A stretch of 42,766 nt of DNA from a virus (lineage: Duplodnaviria > Caudoviricetes): positions 1 through 42,766 of the IMG/VR virus record IMGVR_UViG_3300037479_000361. The stretch is one strand, 5' to 3'. The translations under genes and the position numbers were made by a program. Position 1 is the first letter of the stretch, and every line of letters begins with the position of its first letter. This document shows, one piece after another, positions 34,207 to 42,766 of this stretch. The notes under the pieces were generated by a model. It worked only from the letters and a program-made list of their open reading frames with translations, did not search any database and was not told the origin of the DNA.

Positions 34207-34887
34207 GTGACCCGGGGGGAGCTGCGCGCGTATGCCCGTCGCCTCCTTGCGGAGCAGATCGCGAGCACGAGTTTCTGGTCGGACGCTGACCTCAACGACT
34301 ACCTGAACCGCGCGCTCGAGCAGTTCGTGTCCCTTACCGGCGTGCTGCGGTGCATCTCCACGGTGCCATCGGATGTGACACTGACGCTCTACCCGTTGCC
34401 GCAAGATACGCTGCGCGTGTTGCGCATCTACTACGCCGGCCGCGCCGAACCGCTCGACGATGCTACGATCGAGTGGCTCGACAATTGGGACCGGACCTGG
34501 CCGACGCTCACCGCCACCAGCGGGCAGACCCCGACCTGGTGGGCGCCGTTTGGACAGGGCTACTTCCTGGTCCCGAAGCCGGCCGCCAGCGGGGAGCTCA
34601 TCACGCTGTGGTGTGTCCAGGCCCCCACGCCGCTGTCTGCCGATACGGGCACCGGCAGTGTGCCGCCGATCTCGACCGCCTTCCATGAAGCCCTCGCCAC
34701 CGGCGCGGCCATCCGGGCGCTCGCGCAAGACCGCACGAATCCGGACAACGTGCGAGCCATCAAGACCTTGACGGATCTCCTCTGGACGCCGGCCATTGTG
34801 GCGGCGCAAAGCTATGAGAGTCGCAAGAGCCCACACCAGCAGATGCGCGATATCCGCGATCTCTACCCGCAGGAGTGGCGCCCGTGA
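34207..34887 (+). CDS. Head-tail adaptor protein
   Basis: MTRGELR...FWSDADLNDYLNRA...YPLPQD...FHEAL. Confidence 0.85.
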   Translation: MTRGELRAYARRLLAEQIASTSFWSDADLNDYLNRALEQFVSLTGVLRCISTVPSDVTLTLYPLPQDTLRVLRIYYAGRAEPLDDATIEWLDNWDRTWPTLTATSGQTPTWWAPFGQGYFLVPKPAASGELITLWCVQAPTPLSADTGTGSVPPISTAFHEALATGAAIRALAQDRTNPDNVRAIKTLTDLLWTPAIVAAQSYESRKSPHQQMRDIRDLYPQEWRP

Positions 34888-36383
34888 GGCGGTTCGAGTA
34901 CGCGGTCAGCAGTACCACGACTGGGCTGCCGATCCCTTCGCCGACCGTGACCGTGCGCCACGCGGGCACGGCGACCGCCGCGACGATTTACGCGGATGAA
35001 GGGATCACGCCAAAGGCCAACCCCTTCACCGGGGACGCCCAAGGACGCCTGTTCTTCTACGCGCCGGATGGGCTCTATGACGTGGTGTTGTCAGCCACCG
35101 GGTTCGCCGCGTACACCATCGAAGACGTGGCGATGGCCGATACCCGCCGCGGTGGCTGGGGGCTCACCGAGGATCTCGTCTATTCGGCGCTGGCGAATGC
35201 GTACTACGACCGAAACACGACCCAGTGGCTCCGCCGCGATGTCGCGAAAGCCGTCTGGGGACTCGAGACAGATGCCGTCAATGATCGGCTGCGCATTCTT
35301 CGGGCCGCCGCCGCCGCGAACCCGATTACCTGGACTGAGTTGCTCCGCATCGATGCCGCCGGCTTGCTCACGATTCCCGGGACGGCGACCGGAGGAGCTC
35401 TCTTCCAGACGCTGTCGACCGGGACCGGATTGCGTGTCGAAGAAGCCACGCCGGCCTCGACAGGGGTTGCCCTGGCCAAGATCATCGGCGGGTCGACGTC
35501 GACACGCATCAGCACGCTCAAGCACGGGCTGATCCTGCAGCTCTATCCTGCGGCCAGCTGGTCAGATCCAGGCGTCGCCTACTCACCACTGAACATTCGC
35601 TTTGACGTGCCCGCGGGTGTCAACTTCCACCCCTGGGCGCTGACCTCCGTGGTCTCCAGCGCCGCCGCCTTGGACACGCTCGAACATGCGGCAGGATTCT
35701 TCCGCGCCGAAGGCAGCGGTGGCTCGCCGCTGTGGGCGCTGGCCGCCGAAGTCGAAGACCGCGTGAGTGGAGTCTCGGCCGCGGCATCGCTGGTCGGCCT
35801 CGAGCTGCTCTTCTATAAGCGCCACGCCTCATCGGTCATTACCGGCCTAGACCTGGTGGCCGCCGGCGATCAGAACGCGGATCGGGCGATTCGGATTCGT
35901 CGCGGGACGGTCGCCCAAGGCGAGCGCGATTGGCTCGTCGGCATCCGCTTTGAGACGCCCACAATTCCAATGGTCTGGCGAGAGATTGACGTGGCGCTCG
36001 GCGACGGGACCGGCGCGGCGCGGATGCGCTACGAAGCCAGCGTGTGGGGGATCGATGTCAACAAGGGCACGGTGACCGAGTTCTCGACGATCCGCACACC
36101 GCTGGCCGTCGAAGGGCTCGGGGATGTGTACCTTGGCGGGCATCCCACGATCGGTGATGATCGCCAGTCCCTGCTCGCGCGCCGCAACGCGCTTGGGCTC
36201 GTGGCCGGCACCGGCGCGCTGGCCACGAGCGCGACCGATGGCTTCTGGTGGATCCCGTCGATGGCGGGTGCGGCCACCGGGACGCCCACGGCGTTTACCG
36301 GGCGTGTTGCGATGGTCTACGATACAACGAATAACCGCCTGCGAATCTACAATGGCGGGTGGGTCTCAGTCCTGCTGGCCTAA
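34884..36383 (+). CDS. Tail fibre/spike with head-binding N-terminus
   Basis: ATIYADE..ANPFTGDAQGRLFFYA; C-terminal VYDTTNNRLRIYNGGW. Confidence 0.8.
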   Translation: MRRFEYAVSSTTTGLPIPSPTVTVRHAGTATAATIYADEGITPKANPFTGDAQGRLFFYAPDGLYDVVLSATGFAAYTIEDVAMADTRRGGWGLTEDLVYSALANAYYDRNTTQWLRRDVAKAVWGLETDAVNDRLRILRAAAAANPITWTELLRIDAAGLLTIPGTATGGALFQTLSTGTGLRVEEATPASTGVALAKIIGGSTSTRISTLKHGLILQLYPAASWSDPGVAYSPLNIRFDVPAGVNFHPWALTSVVSSAAALDTLEHAAGFFRAEGSGGSPLWALAAEVEDRVSGVSAAASLVGLELLFYKRHASSVITGLDLVAAGDQNADRAIRIRRGTVAQGERDWLVGIRFETPTIPMVWREIDVALGDGTGAARMRYEASVWGIDVNKGTVTEFSTIRTPLAVEGLGDVYLGGHPTIGDDRQSLLARRNALGLVAGTGALATSATDGFWWIPSMAGAATGTPTAFTGRVAMVYDTTNNRLRIYNGGWVSVLLA

Positions 36384-36394
36384 GGAGACGTGAC

Positions 36395-36802
36395 ATGGAT
36401 CCTGCTACCACAGAACCCGCGACGCTGATCGCCATTGACCTCGCGGCACCGATGTACCGGCTCGCGCCGGTCGACCTGCAGCAGCTGCCCGAAGGTCCGC
36501 TGCCCGCGCGCGCGGAAATTTCTCGGCATCTCATCCGCCAACTGATGACGGCGGCGCACCCGCAGGGCATGGACGGCAAGGACGGCCGACTTTGGAGCGC
36601 GTTCCTCGACCGCTTCCTCGAGGAGACCATCACCATTCATGTGTCCCGGACGCACTTTGAGTGGCTGTTGCGCCAGATCCTTCGCGATGAGCTGCGCATT
36701 CCACACGGGCTCGCACACTGGCGGGCGGCGCTGGAAGAGTACCTGATGTTCCTCCAGAGCGAGCTGCGACGCGGGACACCGCCCGCTACCGCAGGAGGGT
36801 AG
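36395..36802 (+). CDS. Hypothetical protein (possible fibre chaperone)
   Basis: TAAGGAG SD; follows the tail fibre. Confidence 0.65.
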   Translation: MDPATTEPATLIAIDLAAPMYRLAPVDLQQLPEGPLPARAEISRHLIRQLMTAAHPQGMDGKDGRLWSAFLDRFLEETITIHVSRTHFEWLLRQILRDELRIPHGLAHWRAALEEYLMFLQSELRRGTPPATAGG

Positions 36803-36805
36803 GGC

Positions 36806-36907
36806 ATGCCGACGTTTATCCCGTCGTTCCGGATCCCGCTCGTCCCGGAGCTGATCTACACGAAGAGCACGCTGTTCGCCGGCGCGGTCGGGACGAAGCA
36901 GCAGTGA
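36806..36907 (+). CDS. 33-aa peptide (absent from ORF track)
   Basis: MPTFIPSFRIPLVPELIYTKSTLFAGAVGTKQQ; AGGAGG upstream; GTGA coupling downstream. Confidence 0.5.
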   Translation: MPTFIPSFRIPLVPELIYTKSTLFAGAVGTKQQ

Positions 36908-37149
36908 CGCGAGGCGATGCGCGTGAGTTCTCCGGCTATCCGCGGGACGACATTGACGTGGGACGTGCCCATGAGCGCCATTCGTTCCAGGACCGGTTTG
37001 CGTCCGTGACCGCGTTGCCAACCGCGGAGGCCTCGCAGCGCGGGCGCACAGTCGTCGTCGAAGGCGCCCCCGGGGTCGCGGACGAGTTCTACATTTGCCT
37101 GAAGTCCTCGGCGGACACGTACAGCTGGCGGCAGATCATTGTGGGGTAA
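36904..37149 (+). CDS. Small tail protein
   Basis: GVADEFYICLKSSADTYSW fibre-like motif. Confidence 0.65.
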   Translation: MTRGDAREFSGYPRDDIDVGRAHERHSFQDRFASVTALPTAEASQRGRTVVVEGAPGVADEFYICLKSSADTYSWRQIIVG

Positions 37150-37152
37150 TCG

Positions 37153-39093
37153 ATGCCACAGATCACGGTGGAACGTCACGAAGGCATCGATCGGTCCGTC
37201 GCGCCGTTTGAACTGCGCGACGGCGGCTACACGCGCCTAGAGAACCTACTGACGACACCCGAAGCTCTAGAGATTCGGCCAGGCCGCACGCGCCACCTCA
37301 CGAATGTCGCCTCCTTGCCCGCCACCGGGCTCCACCGGTTCTATCGCGGTATCGGTGGGATCGCGTTCGGCCCGCATGGGGCCGGGACGCTGATTGACGA
37401 TGCGTCCACTGGGACCATCCCGTGGGTCAATCCCACGAAAGCCGCCACGCAGAATGCCGACTACGCGACGGCCACCTCATTCACCTATGGCCTGACGCCG
37501 ACCCATCTGCTCAAGCTCACGGGGTTCGGATTCACAATCCCCGGCGGGGACATCATCAAAGGCATCCGCGTGGTGGCCCGCGGGCGCCTGGTGGGCGCCG
37601 GCAACGTGCAGCTGCTGACCGTCCAGCTCCTCAAGGCCGGCGTCGCGGTCGGGGCGAATCGTGTTCCCTCTCCAGTGGAATTCTGGGGCGGTATCGACGA
37701 GGATCACGCCTATGGAGGGTCCACGGATCTTTGGGAAACGACCTGGACCCCCGCGCAGATCAACGCCAGCGATTTCGGGGTCATCGTCCAGGCAGGCTTG
37801 GGGTATGGTGAGCAGGGCACGGGCCCAGGAGTCAACATCTTCCTGGACTCCGTGCTCATCAGCATCTTCACCGCCGCGACCGGGTCTGAAACCTTGTTCT
37901 ACGTCGGCGCGAACCTGTACTCAGATCTATCTGGCTTGTGGGCCGCCATTCAGGGCGCGAACCCGCTCGCCGCCGGCGTCAACCTCGAGATGGTCACCTG
38001 GAGAAACATCACCTACATCCAGGATGGCACCAACGGCCCCTACAAGTATGACGGCGTGACCTTCTCGACCTGGACGAGCGTGCCCCCCAAGACGCCGCCG
38101 CCGATCGCGCGAGGGATGCTCTTCGACCAGGAACGACTGTACCTCTATGCGCTGAACGCCGATCCTAACGCGGTGCGCGCCTCGACCCTTGATGATCCAG
38201 ACGACTTCCCCTCGGTCCCGCGCCCGAGCGGCAACCAGGGCGCCCTGATGTACGTCGGGAAGGACGATGGCGACTACCTGCTGGCAGCCGCGCGACTGGG
38301 AACGACCAAGTACTTTTTCAAGCGCCGTCGCACCTATCGCCTCACGGGCGACGGGGCGGACACCTGGGATCTGACGCCGCAGCCGCTCTTCCCTTCTGGC
38401 GTCGCGGGCAAGCACCTGGTCGCGGAATGCGGTGGGGTGTTGGTCTGGTCCGATGGCCGGCGCGTCTATAAGTTCGACGGGATCGCCTACGACGACCACT
38501 TCGGGCGGCCGGTTGAAGAGTTCCTGCGCGAAACGTCGCTCGATGAGTGGTCGCACCGGCCGATGGCTTACTGGAATGGCCTGCTGTTCCTGTGGTACAC
38601 ATCGACCCATGCCGTCGTCTACGACTTCCGGTCCGAGCGGTGGTTCGGCCCGTGGTTTCTGCTGCCATGCCGCGTCGCGACGGTCGACCGTGACACCGAC
38701 ATCCTCTGGATGGGGTCTTCGCTCACCGGCGAAATCTGGAAGCTGGACGCGCTCCTCGACGACGGGCAGCAGATCGCCTACCTCGCGGAATCGAAGGCGT
38801 ATGCGTTCGTGCCCGGATGGATCCACCGCCCTCGAGGGGTGTCGGTGACTGCGGATGGCTCCTTGGGGACCGTCACCGCGGATCTGCTGACTTCGGGGAA
38901 TCCTGGGCAGATGTCAGAGGCGGCTTCATCCCGGAGCATCACGTTCAGCGGCTCTTCGCGCATGACCATCTCGATCCCGGTGCCTGCCAACAATGACGGC
39001 GCGCACACACAACTGCGCCTCTCTGGGGTCGGGCAGAAAGGCGAGCGCATCTACGAGTACTCGCTGCGCGGCGATCGCGTGCGGCGCGTATAG
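37153..39093 (+). CDS. Tail nozzle / packaged-DNA stabilisation protein with inserted jelly-roll-like domain
   Basis: Beta-propeller pattern; LENL...IRPG N-terminus; insertion containing YGGSTDLWETTWT..INASDFGV. Confidence 0.8.
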   Translation: MPQITVERHEGIDRSVAPFELRDGGYTRLENLLTTPEALEIRPGRTRHLTNVASLPATGLHRFYRGIGGIAFGPHGAGTLIDDASTGTIPWVNPTKAATQNADYATATSFTYGLTPTHLLKLTGFGFTIPGGDIIKGIRVVARGRLVGAGNVQLLTVQLLKAGVAVGANRVPSPVEFWGGIDEDHAYGGSTDLWETTWTPAQINASDFGVIVQAGLGYGEQGTGPGVNIFLDSVLISIFTAATGSETLFYVGANLYSDLSGLWAAIQGANPLAAGVNLEMVTWRNITYIQDGTNGPYKYDGVTFSTWTSVPPKTPPPIARGMLFDQERLYLYALNADPNAVRASTLDDPDDFPSVPRPSGNQGALMYVGKDDGDYLLAAARLGTTKYFFKRRRTYRLTGDGADTWDLTPQPLFPSGVAGKHLVAECGGVLVWSDGRRVYKFDGIAYDDHFGRPVEEFLRETSLDEWSHRPMAYWNGLLFLWYTSTHAVVYDFRSERWFGPWFLLPCRVATVDRDTDILWMGSSLTGEIWKLDALLDDGQQIAYLAESKAYAFVPGWIHRPRGVSVTADGSLGTVTADLLTSGNPGQMSEAASSRSITFSGSSRMTISIPVPANNDGAHTQLRLSGVGQKGERIYEYSLRGDRVRRV

Positions 39094-39103
39094 GAGGACT
39101 TCG

Positions 39104-39343
39104 ATGCCCAACGACGACCAGTCGCAGTTGCCCTTGTGGCTGATGATCGCGATGGAACTCTTCCGTCGAGGCTCTGTCAGTGGCGGGCCTGGTGGCGCAG
39201 GCCCGTTCACCATGGGAAGCGCGCCTGGAAGCACACTCACTCCGCCCGGCATCACCATGACTGGTAGCACGACCGGTAGTACGACCGGATTTGAAAATCC
39301 GATCCGGCGGCGTGCGGGTCCGGGCGCGTTGATCGGCTACTAG
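39104..39343 (+). CDS. Small Gly/Thr-rich ejection-module protein
   Basis: TAGGAGG SD. Confidence 0.6.
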   Translation: MPNDDQSQLPLWLMIAMELFRRGSVSGGPGGAGPFTMGSAPGSTLTPPGITMTGSTTGSTTGFENPIRRRAGPGALIGY

Positions 39344-39355
39344 GAGGACGAGGCC

Positions 39356-39763
39356 ATGCCATTCTGGGCCGCGATCGCATCACTGCTGCTGGGAGGGTAC
39401 CAAGCCTATCAGGCGTCGCAAGCACAACAGCGTGCAGAGGCGTCCGCGCGCGAAGGTGGCTTGACATCCGAAGAGATCGCCGAGTTCCAGCGTCGTGGCG
39501 AAGAGTCCATCACGCGCGATGCCGCCCGGCGCGGTCTGCTCGATAGCGGCATCCCGGCCGGCGGGCGCGCGGCGCTACAGGCCGAGCTGGCGTTTGCGAA
39601 AGCGCGGAGCCGCCTGCCACTGCAAGGATCTTACATCCAGGCGCTGACGAACCGCGCGAATCAGCCGTCGCTGCTCAGCAGCCTGATCCCGTTGTTCCTG
39701 CGCTACGGGGTGCGCGGGCCCGGAGGGAACCCGATCATTTCGCCGGTGACCATCACGCAGTAG
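39356..39763 (+). CDS. DNA ejection/pilot protein
   Basis: Hydrophobic N-terminus, Gln/Ala helix, AARRGLLDSG motif. Confidence 0.7.
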   Translation: MPFWAAIASLLLGGYQAYQASQAQQRAEASAREGGLTSEEIAEFQRRGEESITRDAARRGLLDSGIPAGGRAALQAELAFAKARSRLPLQGSYIQALTNRANQPSLLSSLIPLFLRYGVRGPGGNPIISPVTITQ

Positions 39764-39773
39764 GAGTCGGCCG

Positions 39774-41369
39774 ATGTCGCTGTTCATCGATGCCTTCACC
39801 CGCGCGCTGACCGATGCGCTCGCCGGCTATCACGAGTTTGAGGGGCGGGTGCGGCCGGCCCTTGAGGAGCAGGCGTTCATCCGCGGCGAGCGCAAGCGGG
39901 TCGCCGGCGAGCGGGCCGCCTCCGAAGCGTCGGCGCAAGTCGAGGAGCTGGAGCGCCTCTACGGAGGACCGCAGGGTGCCTTCCAGGCGAAGGGTGACGA
40001 GTACCTCGCGCTGCGGCGCGCGGCGCGGCGCATCGTGCCGGGCATCAAGGACGTGCCGGAGACCACGCGCACGCAGACCGAGACCATCACCTATCCCGGA
40101 CAAGGCGGGTTCCAGGATGTGACCACTCCGGTCACGTACCAGCCTGGGGGGCGCGCGCCCGCAGGTGGCACTGCTGGAGCCATCGCGGACGTGTTGCGTG
40201 AGAGGACGCGCCAGGGCCCCACAGCCTTTGAGGCCGAGATCCCAGGGTTGAGCGCCGTCAGCCGTGGCGAGCAGGTTCTCGCCCAGGGCGAACCCTTGCC
40301 GATTCCTGAAGGCGAACCGGAGATCCGCCGCGCGATCACCGAGACGCCTACCGGGCGGACCGTGCGGCGCCTGGATCTGCCGGAAGGACCCGAGGAACCG
40401 ATGGTGCCGACCGCCGCGGGCCCGATCCCGATTTCGCTGCTTCATAAGTGGGGCGGCCCAGAAGCGGTGCGCAACGTCTTGGGCATCCAGGATCCACTCG
40501 CGCGCGCGCGCCTCGCCTTCGATGTGGGAAAGGCCGCCGCGGACTACTCGCTACGCCGTGCTGAGGACGCGACGCGCCGCTATCTGCATGACACGCCGTC
40601 GGCGGCCGCACAGATGACCGCTAAGCTTACGCGAATCCGCGACGAGAACACGCGACTCTATCAGGCGAGCCTACTCGAGATCCAGCGCGGCAACGCCCAG
40701 GCGCTGGCCGCCTACCGCGCAAAGCAGATCGAGCTCGAGATCGCCACGCTGGCGCTACGCCGGCAGGCCCTTGCGCAACGGACAGCGGCAGGGGGACAGA
40801 TCACCCGCGCGCAGGCACTCGCCGCCTATCGCGAGTTTGGCGAAGACTTGGACCGCTTCCAGGAACAGCTGGCGTCCTTGCGCCAGGATCGCTCGCCTGA
40901 CGCTGAGCGCACGCGGCGCACGCTGCAGATTCAGATTGAGATGACGACGCGAGAGCGCGACCGACTCCGGACGGTCCTCACGAGTGGTGGCGGCGCTCCT
41001 GGCGGTGCAGGTGCAGGGCCGTCAGCGCCCGCCGCCGCGCCGTCATTGTTGAGCCCTGGGGCGGTCCCACCGGCGTTGCGCTACCCTGCCCCGGCAGGAC
41101 CCGCGCCCGTGGCGCCCACGGTGGCCCCGCGCGCCGCGCCGACCGGCGGCGCCGCCGTCCCGCGACCGGATCAACCGGGCCGCGTGCCATTCCGGCCGGC
41201 TCGCCGAGAGCAGCGCGCGGATGGTACGATCATCTACCACACGCACGGCAGCGGGCCCATGACGAGCGCGCAGATCTTCCAAATCATCAGACAAAGCGGG
41301 CTGTCCGACGAGGAGCTTCGCCAAGCGTTGACCGAGAACGGGATCGATCCGGCGGAGTTCGGGTTCTGA
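39774..41369 (+). CDS. DNA ejection (internal virion) protein
   Basis: Coiled-coil and low-complexity segments; precedes the polyvalent protein. Confidence 0.7.
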   Translation: MSLFIDAFTRALTDALAGYHEFEGRVRPALEEQAFIRGERKRVAGERAASEASAQVEELERLYGGPQGAFQAKGDEYLALRRAARRIVPGIKDVPETTRTQTETITYPGQGGFQDVTTPVTYQPGGRAPAGGTAGAIADVLRERTRQGPTAFEAEIPGLSAVSRGEQVLAQGEPLPIPEGEPEIRRAITETPTGRTVRRLDLPEGPEEPMVPTAAGPIPISLLHKWGGPEAVRNVLGIQDPLARARLAFDVGKAAADYSLRRAEDATRRYLHDTPSAAAQMTAKLTRIRDENTRLYQASLLEIQRGNAQALAAYRAKQIELEIATLALRRQALAQRTAAGGQITRAQALAAYREFGEDLDRFQEQLASLRQDRSPDAERTRRTLQIQIEMTTRERDRLRTVLTSGGGAPGGAGAGPSAPAAAPSLLSPGAVPPALRYPAPAGPAPVAPTVAPRAAPTGGAAVPRPDQPGRVPFRPARREQRADGTIIYHTHGSGPMTSAQIFQIIRQSGLSDEELRQALTENGIDPAEFGF

Positions 41370-41373
41370 GCAG

Positions 41374-42766
41374 ATGGCGATCGATCTTCGTACTCTCGTC
41401 GCCGGCCGGCGCCCGATCGATCTTCGGCAGTTTCTATCGCCGTCAGAGGCGCCGGTCCGTCGCGTCCGCACGATCGAGGAAGAACGTCGTGGTCTGATCC
41501 CACCGCTGACGCCCGGCGTCCTGACACCTGAGGAGCGCCGGCGCACGCTCGAGGCCACTGAGCGGCGCCGCGCAGAACGCGCGGTGGCCACGCGTCGCTA
41601 CCTCGAAAGCCCAGGGGTCGCGCCTGCATTCTTGCGCGGGACGGTCAGCGAACTCGCGTCGCCGTTTGCCGCGCGCGAAGAGGCTTCGCGCGCCGAAGCC
41701 CTCGGACGGAGTACCGCCGACATCATCAGGCCCCTCGCCCCCTCACCGACCCGCTCAGCGCGGGTCGCCGAAACAGCCGGCCGGATCCTCGGCGGGATCC
41801 CGAGTGTTGCCGGGATCGCCTCGGTCCGCGCCGCCCGGCCGCTGCTGCGCGTCGGCGAAGCGGTCACGCGTCGTCTGCTCCCCGCGCATGGATTGCAGAC
41901 GGCCACCCTGATCGGCCAGTCGGTCGGATCCATCCTCCAAGGAGCCGGGATCGGAGCGACCTACGCCGGTCTGCAGGTCGCCGGCGAGCACTACAACGCC
42001 TTGCGAGAGATCGCTCGGACTGATCCCACCGCCGCCGCCCGGATCATCGGGGAATCCGCCGGCCTGGGCGCGACCTACGGGGCGGCGATCGCCACCGGCC
42101 TGCGCACAGGGTCTCTGACGCGAGAGGCCATCCGCCAGACCCTCGAAGAGATCACCGCGCAGACCGCGCGCGCGACCCGCGCGGCCGAGTCCGCCGGCCA
42201 GATTGCGGTTCCATCTCCGATCATCGGGCGTGGTGGGCGCCGCCCTGACGGCGGAGGTGACGGTGGGATCCTTGCCGACGTCGCACTCCAACGAGAAGCG
42301 ATGGCGGTCTCAGAACGCGCCAGGGAGGCCGGAAATCGGGCCGCAGAGATGATTCGCCGGCACCAGGAGGCTCGCGCATCGGCTCCGCCGTCTCGAAGCC
42401 GTCTGGTGTCACCCAGGGGCCGCCTGCTGCCTTCTACGCAGGCCCCTGCCCCGCCCGGCCCTGGCGAGCTGGTGCGAGCCCCCGTTCCCGCGGCCCCCCG
42501 GGAAGTGTTGCCAGGTCCACAGGCTCGGGCAGAGGCACGCGCCGCGGCGGCAGAGGCGGCGCGTGCGGAAACCTCTCGAGCGACAGCACGTCTTGCGCAG
42601 CTGCCGCGTGAAGCTGGCGGTGTCGTTCTTGGCGAACGCCGTCCGATCGACCTCAAGACGCTGATCCTTCCCGGAGCGCCGCAGCCCGCTCGCGGGCCGC
42701 TGATCATCCCATCTCCTCTCGCGGCGCCCCGGGAGCCGGCGCCACCACCGCCCCCGCCGCCCACAC
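41374..42766 (+). CDS. N-terminal part of the large polyvalent protein (absent from ORF track; continues at base 2)
   Basis: MAIDLRTLVAGRRPIDLRQFL... open to the window end, in frame with 38..3865 through the 11-nt overlap. Confidence 0.85.
   Translation, partial: MAIDLRTLVAGRRPIDLRQFLSPSEAPVRRVRTIEEERRGLIPPLTPGVLTPEERRRTLEATERRRAERAVATRRYLESPGVAPAFLRGTVSELASPFAAREEASRAEALGRSTADIIRPLAPSPTRSARVAETAGRILGGIPSVAGIASVRAARPLLRVGEAVTRRLLPAHGLQTATLIGQSVGSILQGAGIGATYAGLQVAGEHYNALREIARTDPTAAARIIGESAGLGATYGAAIATGLRTGSLTREAIRQTLEEITAQTARATRAAESAGQIAVPSPIIGRGGRRPDGGGDGGILADVALQREAMAVSERAREAGNRAAEMIRRHQEARASAPPSRSRLVSPRGRLLPSTQAPAPPGPGELVRAPVPAAPREVLPGPQARAEARAAAAEAARAETSRATARLAQLPREAGGVVLGERRPIDLKTLILPGAPQPARGPLIIPSPLAAPREPAPPPPPPPT

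Larger units (their letters stand above)
1..42766. mobile_element. Complete circular(ised) tailed bacteriophage genome, podovirus-like, probably temperate
   Basis: Terminase, portal, scaffold, capsid, adaptor, nozzle and ejection genes in podovirus order; no tape measure or tail tube; no host housekeeping genes; 11-nt end overlap that restores a reading frame. Confidence 0.92.

Noticed and set aside
25121-39093. Diversity-generating retroelement or invertible fibre cassette
   Set aside because: No reverse transcriptase, no template/variable repeat pair and no inverted fibre fragments seen
39774-41369. Tape measure protein
   Set aside because: No tail tube or tail chaperone genes; adaptor-nozzle-ejection order indicates a short-tailed virion

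Overview
The window reads as a complete, circularly closed, high-GC tailed phage genome of podovirus-like type. Bases 42756-42766 repeat bases 1-11, and joining them fuses two open frames into one ~1748-aa large polyvalent (HExxH + LPD38-like) protein; unit length is about 42,755 bp. Two divergent arms start from a control region at ~11570-12080. The minus arm (11565 down to 4476) carries a mosaic of fused gene fragments, a Xer-type tyrosine recombinase, a putative recombination protein, RusA, a replication initiator with internal iteron-like repeats, a helicase loader/inhibitor and a holin-like gene. The plus arm carries many small Zn-binding/HTH genes, terminase, a glycosyltransferase, a ~9 kb head-decoration/adhesin block placed between terL and portal, then portal, scaffold, capsid, adaptor, tail fibre, nozzle, ejection proteins and holin-like genes. 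No endolysin, CI/S24 repressor, polymerase, tRNA or CRISPR array was recognisable. Best novelty candidates: (1) a dif-like recombination palindrome lying between the -35 and -10 of the early promoter, which could make integration itself the lysis/lysogeny switch; (2) a CUGA-stem-loop-AGG RNA element present twice, each time just after a small putative RNA-binding protein gene (DUF2292-like, Com-like) and mutually exclusive with a terminator or start-occluding hairpin in front of a virion operon. All family assignments come from motif recognition by eye, not database searches.
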